From positions 18,656 through 72,197 of the forward strand of contig JBFMDE010000001.1 in assembly GCA_040754215.1 (NCBI GenBank): a DNA stretch of 53,542 nt, read 5' to 3'. Below, in pieces: positions 27,826-35,457 of the stretch (position 1 is the stretch's first letter; every line of letters starts with the position of its first letter). Position numbers and translations under genes: made by a program. The notes beneath the pieces were generated by a model that saw only the letters and a list, made by a program, of their open reading frames with translations, made no database searches and was not told the origin of the DNA. The stretch comes from Chloroflexota bacterium (GTDB lineage: Bacteria; Chloroflexota; Dehalococcoidia; JACPPY01).

Positions 27826-28914
27826 TCACAGGTCGAACCTTTGTCTGAGCACCTGCGATAGTTCTTCAAGCCTGGCGAAGGCAGTCTCCACCAGGTACTC
27901 CTCTATGCTGCTTGGACGAGAGCCGCTGCTGGCCTGGCGCATAGGTTCGTCAGCAGCACCCACCTCGCCGATGTTTTTGAGGCAGCACCTTGCCGGCGCG
28001 AGCAGGGACTGTTTGGCCACCTGCTGAACGGGGATGCCGGCTCCATCCGATACTACTCGCCAGTAGCCTTCCAGTAACCGTGCCAGTGATGCCACAGTCT
28101 CCTTGCCCAGATTAGTGGAATCGGTAGGCACGATGCCCCAGGCTATGATACCCCCGCGCTCGAGAAATGCAGCTACTGAGGAGGCATATCCCTTGGGCAT
28201 GACCTCGATCTGGTAGGCGTCGAAGGACAGCAGTTCAACTCCCAGGTCCAGCAGGTAAGGCAAGTTGACGTTGGCGCACAGATGGAGCGCCCTCGGGCCC
28301 GCAAGTCCCTCAAGAAATCCATGGTAGTCCTGTGTGGCCTGGGCATCGTTGTATCCAGACAGCCCGCTGAACACCCAGCCCAGTCCGGGCTCATCAACCC
28401 AGACAAAAGCGTTCGCATTCTTCTGCCTGAGCTCGGCATATTGAGCGTTTGTCTTCTTCTGTACGAAATCGAAGAACAGTGCCCTTACCGCATCGTTATA
28501 GATGATCGGCCTCTGGTTCTCATCAACCACCCTGAAGCCGAAGCTCACCGGCCCGGTAACCTGGCCCCTGATGGCCACTCGAGCCCTCAAGTCCTGCTCC
28601 ATGAACCTGTGGTACACCACCGAGAACGCATCGCCGAGGGCAAAGTAGCCTGGCTCAGCCATCTTCTCCGAGTAGAGCGCTATCTCACTGTCGAAGCGGC
28701 GAGAGTCGAAGCTGACACGCTGGGCTTCGGGGTCAATCACAACTCCGGGAAAGCCTTCCGAGGTCTGGGCGTACATGTCCTCACGGAAGCTCACGTTGGG
28801 GAGCTGTGGCCAGAAAGGGACGTCCAGACTGAGGGCCAGTTCGAGGGCCTTGCCCACGTCTCGGTGGGGCATGATGCCCATGGCCGTGGTCCTACAACAT
28901 GCCTCTAGATTCAA
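27826..28914 (-). CDS. MetE-C-terminal/UROD-like fold protein (possible cobalamin-independent-type methyltransferase core)
   Basis: RTTAMGIMPH (compare TTxIGSFP), VWVDEPGLG (compare IDEPAL), LHLCAN and APARCCL (possible His/Cys zinc ligands). Start uncertain between 28881 and 29010. I chose TTG 28914 because it has an SD-like GGGGA 7 nt upstream and does not overlap the upstream gene. Confidence 0.45.
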   Translation of the reverse strand: MNLEACCRTTAMGIMPHRDVGKALELALSLDVPFWPQLPNVSFREDMYAQTSEGFPGVVIDPEAQRVSFDSRRFDSEIALYSEKMAEPGYFALGDAFSVVYHRFMEQDLRARVAIRGQVTGPVSFGFRVVDENQRPIIYNDAVRALFFDFVQKKTNAQYAELRQKNANAFVWVDEPGLGWVFSGLSGYNDAQATQDYHGFLEGLAGPRALHLCANVNLPYLLDLGVELLSFDAYQIEVMPKGYASSVAAFLERGGIIAWGIVPTDSTNLGKETVASLARLLEGYWRVVSDGAGIPVQQVAKQSLLAPARCCLKNIGEVGAADEPMRQASSGSRPSSIEEYLVETAFARLEELSQVLRQRFDL

Positions 28915-28951
28915 CGCTCGGTCCCCTGCCCGCAAAAGACCACCAGACGTA

Positions 28952-30148
28952 TCACCGACCCCCCCTAATTTTCCTGGCCACATTGCGGCCAAGCTCGATA
29001 GCACGCTCAAGGTCCTTCTCTGTTGGCGGGCCTTTGATGTCCACGGAGTCCACGAGTACCATTTTCAAGGGCTCGAGCGCGCCCTTGGTCTGGGCGAGCG
29101 CTCCACCGCTCCAACCGTATGAGCCGAAGAAGGCCCCCAGTTTCGCGCGCGGACGCAGGGTACGCAATAGGAGTAGGGCGTACCCGGCGAGGGGATGTGG
29201 ACCTCCCAGAACAGTGGGGGAACCAAGCACGATGGCACTGGCATCAACCAGGTCTGCAGCGAGATGGGAGAGGTCAACCATCTCAAGGTTATAGGGGATG
29301 ACCTCCACACCCTCGGCGGAGATACCGCTGGCGGCGGCTTGTGCCAGGCGCTGTGTGCTGCCCCACATGGTGACATAGGTCAGCACCACCTTGTTTTGCA
29401 GGGGGCCACGCGTCCATGTTTCGTAGGCGGTCATAATGCGCCCTGGATTGCGATACACCGGGCCGTGACTGGGTGCGATGATGCTGGGCCGCAGTGCCAG
29501 TGCCTTATCGAGCGCAGACGCTGCCATCTTCGCGTAGGGCATCATGATCATGGCGTAATAGGCCTTAGCCAGTGGAAGCAGAGCGTCCCCTACCTCATCG
29601 TCGAAAAGCCTGTCGGAGGCCAGATGGGCGCCGAAGAGGTCGCAGGGAAGCAGTACCTTCTCCTGTTCCACGAAGGTGAACATCGTCTCGGGCCAGTGGA
29701 CCCAGGGAGCGGAGACGAACCGTAGAGTCTTGTCACCCAGGTCCAGGACAGCTCCGTCATTGACTGCCAGGCACCTTTTCTCCGGCACCTGGTACTGCAT
29801 CCTCGCCATCTCCACCCCCTTCTCCGTCGCCACCAGTGTGGCGTTCTTGGCCACGGACATCACCTCGGGTATCGACCCTGCATGGTCGGGCTCTGCGTGG
29901 TTCATCACCACGTAGTCTATCCTGGCCGGGTCAGCGATAGCCGAGACCTTGGCCAGGAGTTCCGCAGAGGAACCAAGGTCAACAGTATCGACCAGAGCCG
30001 TCTTTGTTTTCCCTACCACCAGGTAGGCGTTATAGGACGTACCGTAGGGCACTGGGATGAGTGCGTCAAACACCCGCCGGTGCCAGTCCTCTACCCCAAC
30101 CCAGTATATCCCTGGTGCTACTGAGACCACTTTAGCTGGAACAGCCAT
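28952..30148 (-). CDS. Flavodiiron protein (A-type flavoprotein; metallo-beta-lactamase-like + flavodoxin-like domains)
   Basis: GIYWVGVEDW, TSYNAYLV, MNHAEPDHAGS di-iron motif, C-terminal flavodoxin-like VVLTYVTMWGSTQ. Confidence 0.85.
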   Translation of the reverse strand: MAVPAKVVSVAPGIYWVGVEDWHRRVFDALIPVPYGTSYNAYLVVGKTKTALVDTVDLGSSAELLAKVSAIADPARIDYVVMNHAEPDHAGSIPEVMSVAKNATLVATEKGVEMARMQYQVPEKRCLAVNDGAVLDLGDKTLRFVSAPWVHWPETMFTFVEQEKVLLPCDLFGAHLASDRLFDDEVGDALLPLAKAYYAMIMMPYAKMAASALDKALALRPSIIAPSHGPVYRNPGRIMTAYETWTRGPLQNKVVLTYVTMWGSTQRLAQAAASGISAEGVEVIPYNLEMVDLSHLAADLVDASAIVLGSPTVLGGPHPLAGYALLLLRTLRPRAKLGAFFGSYGWSGGALAQTKGALEPLKMVLVDSVDIKGPPTEKDLERAIELGRNVARKIRGGR

Positions 30149-30290
30149 CTTCTACCTCCGCGTGAGTGTTGACCGTGATACGAAGTGCCATCATCACATT
30201 ATAAAGTACGAACCTCAGCCTGGGCCAGAACTGCTCCACTGACCATTGCAGGCGTATTCGGGTGCCTCCGCCTCCACGGCAGACCTGCCA

Positions 30291-30299
30291 TGCTATAAT
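30291..30299 (+). promoter_or_regulatory. Extended -10 promoter (TGcTATAAT) for 30327-32547
   Basis: ccaTGcTATAATaa, 28 nt upstream of GTG 30327. No convincing -35. Confidence 0.45.
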
Positions 30300-30326
30300 A
30301 ATGCAACTCTCATCCCTGGAGTTGGG

Positions 30327-30818
30327 GTGGTGAAGCAGTCCAACCGTCTGTTGCTCATCTTCGGTGCCGTGGTGGGCGTGCTCGCCATCGTGGCGATAGC
30401 GCTGGTCCTCACCCGTGGTCAGGATGAAGTCGCTCTATTATCTGAGGACGACCCGGCTGGCGTGGTGCAACGCTATCTCCGGGCAATACAGGATGACGAC
30501 TACGAAGGGGCGGTCAAGTACCTTTCTGCATCGGCCTGGGCCGATTGGTATCTTGGGGGCCCTGTCCCTGGTCCCCCTGGGCCAGAGCTCGTGGCCAGGC
30601 TGCGCGGTTCGATACGCTCCGATGTAAGCTGGAGAGCGGTATTGGATGCCACGCGACTCTCAGTAGAGAGGGCAGAGGTGGACATCACAGCCTACGTGTT
30701 CCGTCCCGGTGCCCCCTTCAGTAACCCGGTACGTACACACCGAGAGACCTTTGTTCTGCAACGAGAGAATGATGCCTGGCGCATAATCAGCCCGGTGGAG
30801 CTCTGGTGGCTGTACTAG
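30327..30818 (+). CDS. Membrane-anchored hypothetical protein (N-terminal TM helix + small NTF2/SnoaL-like-looking domain)
   Basis: VKQSNRLLLIFGAVVGVLAIVAIALVL anchor, then VVQRYLRAIQDDDYEGAVKYL. GTG 30327/30330 follows GGAG. No family assignment is possible by eye. Confidence 0.5.
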   Translation: MVKQSNRLLLIFGAVVGVLAIVAIALVLTRGQDEVALLSEDDPAGVVQRYLRAIQDDDYEGAVKYLSASAWADWYLGGPVPGPPGPELVARLRGSIRSDVSWRAVLDATRLSVERAEVDITAYVFRPGAPFSNPVRTHRETFVLQRENDAWRIISPVELWWLY

Positions 30819-30840
30819 TGCCCTGCATGGAGGCAGGCCT

Positions 30841-32547
30841 TTGAGCACGGTAAGACGGGCATACTTCTACGCCGTATCACTGGTGACACTGGTGGTGTCA
30901 TCGTGGGGCATTGGCATCCTGTTGCGGTTGCTCCTGGACCTGCTTTTTTCCCGCACTACCATATCTGTTACACCGGGGTTCTTCCGCGACCAGCTTAGCC
31001 TAGGACTGGCGATGGTAGTCATAGCCGGCCCCATCTGGTTCATCCACTGGCGAGTGGCGCAGAGACATGCGTGCTGTGATTCCGGCGAGGCAGGGGCAGC
31101 ACTGCGGAAGCTACATCTGTGCCTGGTCCTGACGGCGTCCTCGCTCACCGCCCTAATGACCGGCGTGGGCGTGCTGCACTGGCTACTTGGGGGGCTCTCA
31201 GCCACGGAGTTCCAAGCCGGAACACTCGCTGCCTTCATCGTCTCACTTGGCGTCTGGTACCACCATTGGCGTGTAGACCTCGCAGATGGAGAACCCTGCT
31301 CTAGAGGTAAGACACTACAGCGCTGGTACTGGTACACCGTCTCGGCGTGGGCCCTCGTCCTCTTCGCCAGCGGTGTGATAAACGCACTCGGCATCATGCT
31401 CCAGACTTCAGGCGTCTGGGGAGGAGAGTCTATCGTCCAGGGCCCCTTGTGGAGCGCCGACGTGAGGACGCGGGTGGCATCACTGCTCCTGGGATTGCTC
31501 TGGTGGTGTTTCCAATGGCTGTGGACGGCACGCCGCGACATCGGCTCTGTACTGCGCCAGGTGTACCTGTACTTGTTCGCCATACTCAGTGGGGCCATTG
31601 CCACATTGGTGTCTCTATCTATCACGTTGTTCCAGTCGTTGAAGTTCGGCCTGGGAAGTCGTGGCAGCTCTGGAGAGCCATATTTCCAGTTTCTCAGTTG
31701 GACCTTACCGGCCATGGTCGTGGGGCTCGCTGTATGGGTGTACCATTGGCAGAAGGTCAAGGAAGAGGCGATGGCTAACGAGGGACGACGGTCATCGGCT
31801 CGCAGGGTCTACTACTATCTTCTCTCGGGTGTAGGGCTGGGGGCTGCGTTAGCAGGGCTGGTGGTGCTGGTTGGACTCTTGCTCGACCTGCTGTTAGGGG
31901 CACTTGACCCGTCGCAAGTGATGGCTACTACGCCCGGATGGCGGCGTGACCCGTTAGCGCTTTTTGCAGTGTTGATGTTGGTGGGAAGCGCGATATGGCT
32001 GTACCACTGGCTGGGCATGCAGCGCGAAGCAACAGAAAAGGACGTCACCGAACGCGGAGCGCGGTCACGGCGGGTATACCTCTATACCTTCCTGTGCCTG
32101 GGTATCGTTGCGCTGGTCGCCAGTCTGGTGAACATCGTCTATCGGCTACTTGCTGGTGGGCTGCAGGGCACTCCACTGCTGAGCGTCCTGCAGGATACGA
32201 AGTGGAGCCTGCAGGTCTTTCTCGTCGCTGCACCAACGCTGGCCTACCACTGGAGGGTACTGAGAGAGGACCATGGTGTGGGAGCCGAGAAGGCAACCGC
32301 GGAGAAGGTGGTCGTTGCCGTGATTGACGATAGCTCACGGCTAGCCCTGGTCCCCAGGCTACAGACTGCACTGGGCACTCGCATCAGGGTACTCTCTATA
32401 CAGGGGGAGAAGGCAGGGCCGAGTCTTGTGCTTTCAGATGAGGAGCTACGGTTGCTGGCCCGTGATGTATTGGCGTCCCCGCATGAACGATTGCTGCTTC
32501 TGGTCCATGGGACAGAGGTCGAGCTGTACCCGTACCGTGAGGCGTAG
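30841..32547 (+). CDS. 12-TM membrane protein built from six tandem two-helix repeats, plus an ~85-aa C-terminal soluble domain
   Basis: Six units each start with a basic-aromatic motif (RRAYFY, RKLHL, QRWYWY, RQVYLY, RRVYYY, RRVYLY) and end with W-x-Y-H-W-basic (WFIHWR, WYHHWR, CFQWLW, VYHWQK, LYHWLG, AYHWRV). TTG start 7 nt after GGAGG. Confidence 0.6.
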   Translation: MSTVRRAYFYAVSLVTLVVSSWGIGILLRLLLDLLFSRTTISVTPGFFRDQLSLGLAMVVIAGPIWFIHWRVAQRHACCDSGEAGAALRKLHLCLVLTASSLTALMTGVGVLHWLLGGLSATEFQAGTLAAFIVSLGVWYHHWRVDLADGEPCSRGKTLQRWYWYTVSAWALVLFASGVINALGIMLQTSGVWGGESIVQGPLWSADVRTRVASLLLGLLWWCFQWLWTARRDIGSVLRQVYLYLFAILSGAIATLVSLSITLFQSLKFGLGSRGSSGEPYFQFLSWTLPAMVVGLAVWVYHWQKVKEEAMANEGRRSSARRVYYYLLSGVGLGAALAGLVVLVGLLLDLLLGALDPSQVMATTPGWRRDPLALFAVLMLVGSAIWLYHWLGMQREATEKDVTERGARSRRVYLYTFLCLGIVALVASLVNIVYRLLAGGLQGTPLLSVLQDTKWSLQVFLVAAPTLAYHWRVLREDHGVGAEKATAEKVVVAVIDDSSRLALVPRLQTALGTRIRVLSIQGEKAGPSLVLSDEELRLLARDVLASPHERLLLLVHGTEVELYPYREA

Positions 32548-32564
32548 CAGACAGCCGGTGCGGC

Positions 32565-33005
32565 CTAGTTGAACCCGCGGACGAACTCCACCAGGTTCCC
32601 ACGTCCGAACCCGGCTGAGGTCAGAAATCCCTTGAGTCGCTGGTTGCCCTCGTCGAAAAGCACACGTGCCTTCACGCCCCTCTCGCGGCAGCCCCGCACA
32701 AATGCCTCCATGAGTTTCCGTCCAATGCCTTTCCCTTGATAGGAAGGCTCGACTCCCATGATATCTAGCCAGCCGCTGAGCGGCAGGGCATATTCGGCGC
32801 CGCGGATGTCCCCTATGATGAAGCCAACGACCTTACCCTCAACCTCTGCGATGAATGAGAGCGGGGCATGATACGTACTAAAGTGGCTGCTGGCGCGTTG
32901 CGGCCAATCGCGGTCAGCGCCGACTATCTTCCGGTCTATCTCCACGATGCTAACCATGTCACCATCGGTCATGTTTCGTATCCGTAATCCCGGAATCTGC
33001 TCCAC
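32565..33005 (-). CDS. GNAT-family N-acetyltransferase
   Basis: VGFIIGD..., YQGKGIGRKLMEAF acetyl-CoA-binding motif. GTG start 4 nt after GGGGAGGTG. Confidence 0.8.
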   Translation of the reverse strand: MEQIPGLRIRNMTDGDMVSIVEIDRKIVGADRDWPQRASSHFSTYHAPLSFIAEVEGKVVGFIIGDIRGAEYALPLSGWLDIMGVEPSYQGKGIGRKLMEAFVRGCRERGVKARVLFDEGNQRLKGFLTSAGFGRGNLVEFVRGFN

Positions 33006-33241
33006 GTGGCACCTCCCCTTACTTTAGTCATCTATCCCCGCTCCAACCTGCAGAGACTGGCCACCCGACGCCCTGGGCTGGCTGACCTCCGGGAGGCTTA
33101 CACCTCCCAATACGGCCACTGCTACCCGATACTATATCACACCACCAATGATGTCAAGGTAGAGAAGGTTGATGCTGACCAGTCTGGTACGATGGCGATG
33201 CCAGGGAAGATGTATAATCTGCACGGCAGGGCGATTTCAGC

Positions 33242-34081
33242 ATGACGACGTTGGCCAGGGGGCTCCTCTTCGGCACCGGCGGTACACCGCTCAGTGCATC
33301 CTCGCGCTCCACTGTGGCTGGCATCCAGCGCATAGCTGAACTCGACTTGGATTGCATGGAGATAGAGTTCGTCCAGGGAGTGAAGATGTCGGAGCAGTCC
33401 GCCCTGCAGGTTCACGCTGTGGCGCGCCGGCACGGCATCAGGCTTACCGCCCACGGACCCTATGCCATAAACCTGAACTCTACCGACCCGGAAAAGGCTG
33501 AGGCGAGCAGGGAAAGAGTGCTCCAGACTGCCCGCATCGGTGCCCTGTGCGGCGCGGAGAGCGTGGTATTTCATGCTGCTTTCTATGGCGAGAGTGGTCC
33601 TGGCCATGCATACCAGACGGTCAAGGAATACTTGGCTGACATCCTGGACCGATTGCACAGGGAAGGCAACCATATCTGGGTCAGGCCCGAACTGACCGGC
33701 AAAGACGGCCAGTTCGGCACACTGGAGGAGGTAGTGCAGCTCAGCTCCGAACTGGAAGGTGTGGCCCCCTGCATTGACTTCGCACACTGGCATGCCCGCA
33801 CCGGTCGCTTCAATTCCTACGAAGGGTTCACCTCCATGCTTCAACAGGTTGAGGACACCCTGGGACGGAAGGCCTTGGACAACATGCACATGCACGTATC
33901 CGGCATTCAGTACGGCAAACATGGTGAACAGGAGCATTTGCCGCTGAGGGAGTCCGATTTTCAGTATCAGGAGCTCATCCGAGCACTCAAGGATTTCCAG
34001 GTCAAGGGCTTCGTCATCTGCGAGAGCCCCAATCTGGAGGAGGATGCGCTGCTTCTCCAGCGGACCTTCGGCTCCACGTAA
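33242..34081 (+). CDS. Xylose-isomerase-like TIM-barrel protein of the AP endonuclease 2 / endonuclease IV family
   Basis: HGPYAINL, VVFHAAFY, CIDFAHWHA, and NMHMHVSG resemble the metal-ligand blocks of endonuclease IV-type barrels. Confidence 0.65.
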   Translation: MTTLARGLLFGTGGTPLSASSRSTVAGIQRIAELDLDCMEIEFVQGVKMSEQSALQVHAVARRHGIRLTAHGPYAINLNSTDPEKAEASRERVLQTARIGALCGAESVVFHAAFYGESGPGHAYQTVKEYLADILDRLHREGNHIWVRPELTGKDGQFGTLEEVVQLSSELEGVAPCIDFAHWHARTGRFNSYEGFTSMLQQVEDTLGRKALDNMHMHVSGIQYGKHGEQEHLPLRESDFQYQELIRALKDFQVKGFVICESPNLEEDALLLQRTFGST

Positions 34082-34118
34082 TGAGTAAGGGAAAGACGAA
34101 GCAATCACGCCCTAGACC

Positions 34119-34127
34119 TGCTATAAT
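34119..34127 (+). promoter_or_regulatory. Extended -10 promoter (TGcTATAAT) for the lipoprotein/regulator pair
   Basis: gaccTGcTATAATac, 43 nt upstream of ATG 34170, which has a strong SD (GGTAGTAGGAGGAAAAGA). Confidence 0.45.
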
Positions 34128-34169
34128 ACGTACCGTCTGTTTCCCGGGCATGGTAGTAGGAGGAAAAGA

Positions 34170-34631
34170 ATGCGCAAGGCAGTCCTGACCACGCTGCTGC
34201 TAGTGCTGGTTTTGAGCCCGACGCTTGCACTCATCGCTTGTGGGACGCCGTCTTCCTCCGCTCCCAACGCGACGGCTGACGATGTGCTGAAGTCGGACTT
34301 CCGATACACTGGCAAGCTCGACACGGAAAAGGACGCCCTGGATGCTGTGCTCGCGTTCCTCCACTCGGAGGCAGATAGCGATGCGGCAAAGCTGTACCTG
34401 TCCGAGTATCTGATGGTAGTGTCCTACAAGTATGTGAAGCCATCTGAGGACAAGCAGACATGGTATGTTTCCTTCCTCATGGACAGGAAGCCGTCTGCTG
34501 AGGATGGTGAGAAGCCGTACTGGGACGGCGCAGCATGGGTCGCGTTCAAAGATGGTAAGGTGATGCCCTCCAGCCGTCACAACAGCAATGCCGTGCGAAT
34601 CATCCAGGACCTGCGTGTTGCTAGTCGCTAG
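34170..34631 (+). CDS. Hypothetical lipoprotein
   Basis: MRKAVLTTLLLVLVLSPTLALIACG signal peptide with lipobox. No recognisable domain. Confidence 0.6.
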   Translation: MRKAVLTTLLLVLVLSPTLALIACGTPSSSAPNATADDVLKSDFRYTGKLDTEKDALDAVLAFLHSEADSDAAKLYLSEYLMVVSYKYVKPSEDKQTWYVSFLMDRKPSAEDGEKPYWDGAAWVAFKDGKVMPSSRHNSNAVRIIQDLRVASR

Positions 34632-34636
34632 CTGCT

Positions 34637-35347
34637 GTGACCCCTCGCTGGCACTGCCAGCCTGAAGGCACCAGAGATTTGGCTACCATATTACTGCTCA
34701 CCACCGATCAACAGAAGCTGTCAGCTTTACAGACTGACCTGGGGCCTCTTGGATACGTGTGCTTGCATGCGGCCGACAGCAAGACGTTGACAAGGTCATT
34801 GACGAAGGAGCCCGAGATAGTGGTCCTTGATGGAACAGCGTTCTCCACCGATTCAGAAGTGTGGCAATGGCTCTCCACCTCCTCCGGCACAAAGTCGATT
34901 CCTGTCCTGATACTGGCACCTGAGAGAGCGCTACAGGATTGGGAGCTCAATCAAGAGATAGACGATTTCCTAATTGAGCCCTACCGGAAGGCCGAACTGG
35001 TCTCCAGGGTGAGGCGGTTGCTCCGAAAGGCAGGGAAGTCAAGTGAGGGGGAGGCCATAACGCGCGGAGCACTGACCGTAAATAGTGCGAACTACGAGGT
35101 CAGGGTTGGGGAGCGGCGGGTAGACCTTACCTACCGGGAGTACCGGTTGCTCGAATACCTGGCGCGTAACCCGGGCCGCGTTATCACCAGGGAGACGCTG
35201 TTGAACAAGGTTTGGGGGTTTGACTACTTCGGCGGCGACCGCACCGTGGATGTACATATCAGGAGGCTGCGCAGCAAACTGGAAGACGCTGAGCACATCT
35301 TCATAGACACGGTGAGAAACGTGGGATACCGCTTCCGGGAGCAGTGA
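34637..35347 (+). CDS. OmpR/PhoB-family winged-helix regulator with degenerate (pseudo-)receiver domain
   Basis: C-terminal LTYREYRLLEYLARNPGRVITRETLL...DRTVDVHIRRLRSKL...VRNVGYRF. The receiver has TT for the acidic pair, A for the conserved Thr, and E for the conserved Lys. Start uncertain (GTG 34637 or TTG ~34679). Confidence 0.8.
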   Translation: MTPRWHCQPEGTRDLATILLLTTDQQKLSALQTDLGPLGYVCLHAADSKTLTRSLTKEPEIVVLDGTAFSTDSEVWQWLSTSSGTKSIPVLILAPERALQDWELNQEIDDFLIEPYRKAELVSRVRRLLRKAGKSSEGEAITRGALTVNSANYEVRVGERRVDLTYREYRLLEYLARNPGRVITRETLLNKVWGFDYFGGDRTVDVHIRRLRSKLEDAEHIFIDTVRNVGYRFREQ

Positions 35348-35457
35348 GTTGTCTCTCAGGCTAGAGGTTCAGGTAACATTCTCGAAACATAAGCCATGTA
35401 TCCTTCGCGCCAGAGCAGATAACTGGAAAGAACGACGAATTCAGGAGGACTATAGCA

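Noticed and set aside
30867-31760. 297-aa minus-strand ORF inside the 12-TM gene
   Set aside because: The Ser/Pro/Arg-rich translation has no motif. The plus-strand frame shows a six-fold repeat with hydrophobic periodicity and a proper SD and start.
33006-33245. 79-aa plus-strand ORF in the GNAT / endonuclease-IV-like divergent intergenic region
   Set aside because: It has no SD and no motif, and its start (GTG 33006) abuts the GNAT start codon on the other strand. The region is better explained as divergent promoter DNA, and it contains a small CCTCC-G-GGAGG-cttaca-CCTCC alternative hairpin of unclear meaning.
33137-34108. 323-aa ORF on the minus strand, longer than the plus-strand gene it overlaps
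   Set aside because: It is antisense to the endonuclease-IV-like TIM-barrel gene, whose metal-ligand motifs are recognisable. The minus-strand translation has no motifs and has the Arg/Ala/Gly/Leu-rich composition typical of shadow ORFs in GC-rich DNA.
35348-35457. NrpR operator (GGAA-N6-TTCC) or glutamine riboswitch upstream of glnA
   Set aside because: The only GGAA...TTC pair (35435-35452) has an 11-12 nt spacer and an imperfect second half-site. I saw no glnA-RNA-like CGUUCACC/GGAAG pseudoknot elements. The 8-mer CTAGAGGT shared with the GOGAT leader is within chance expectation for two ~150-nt regions.
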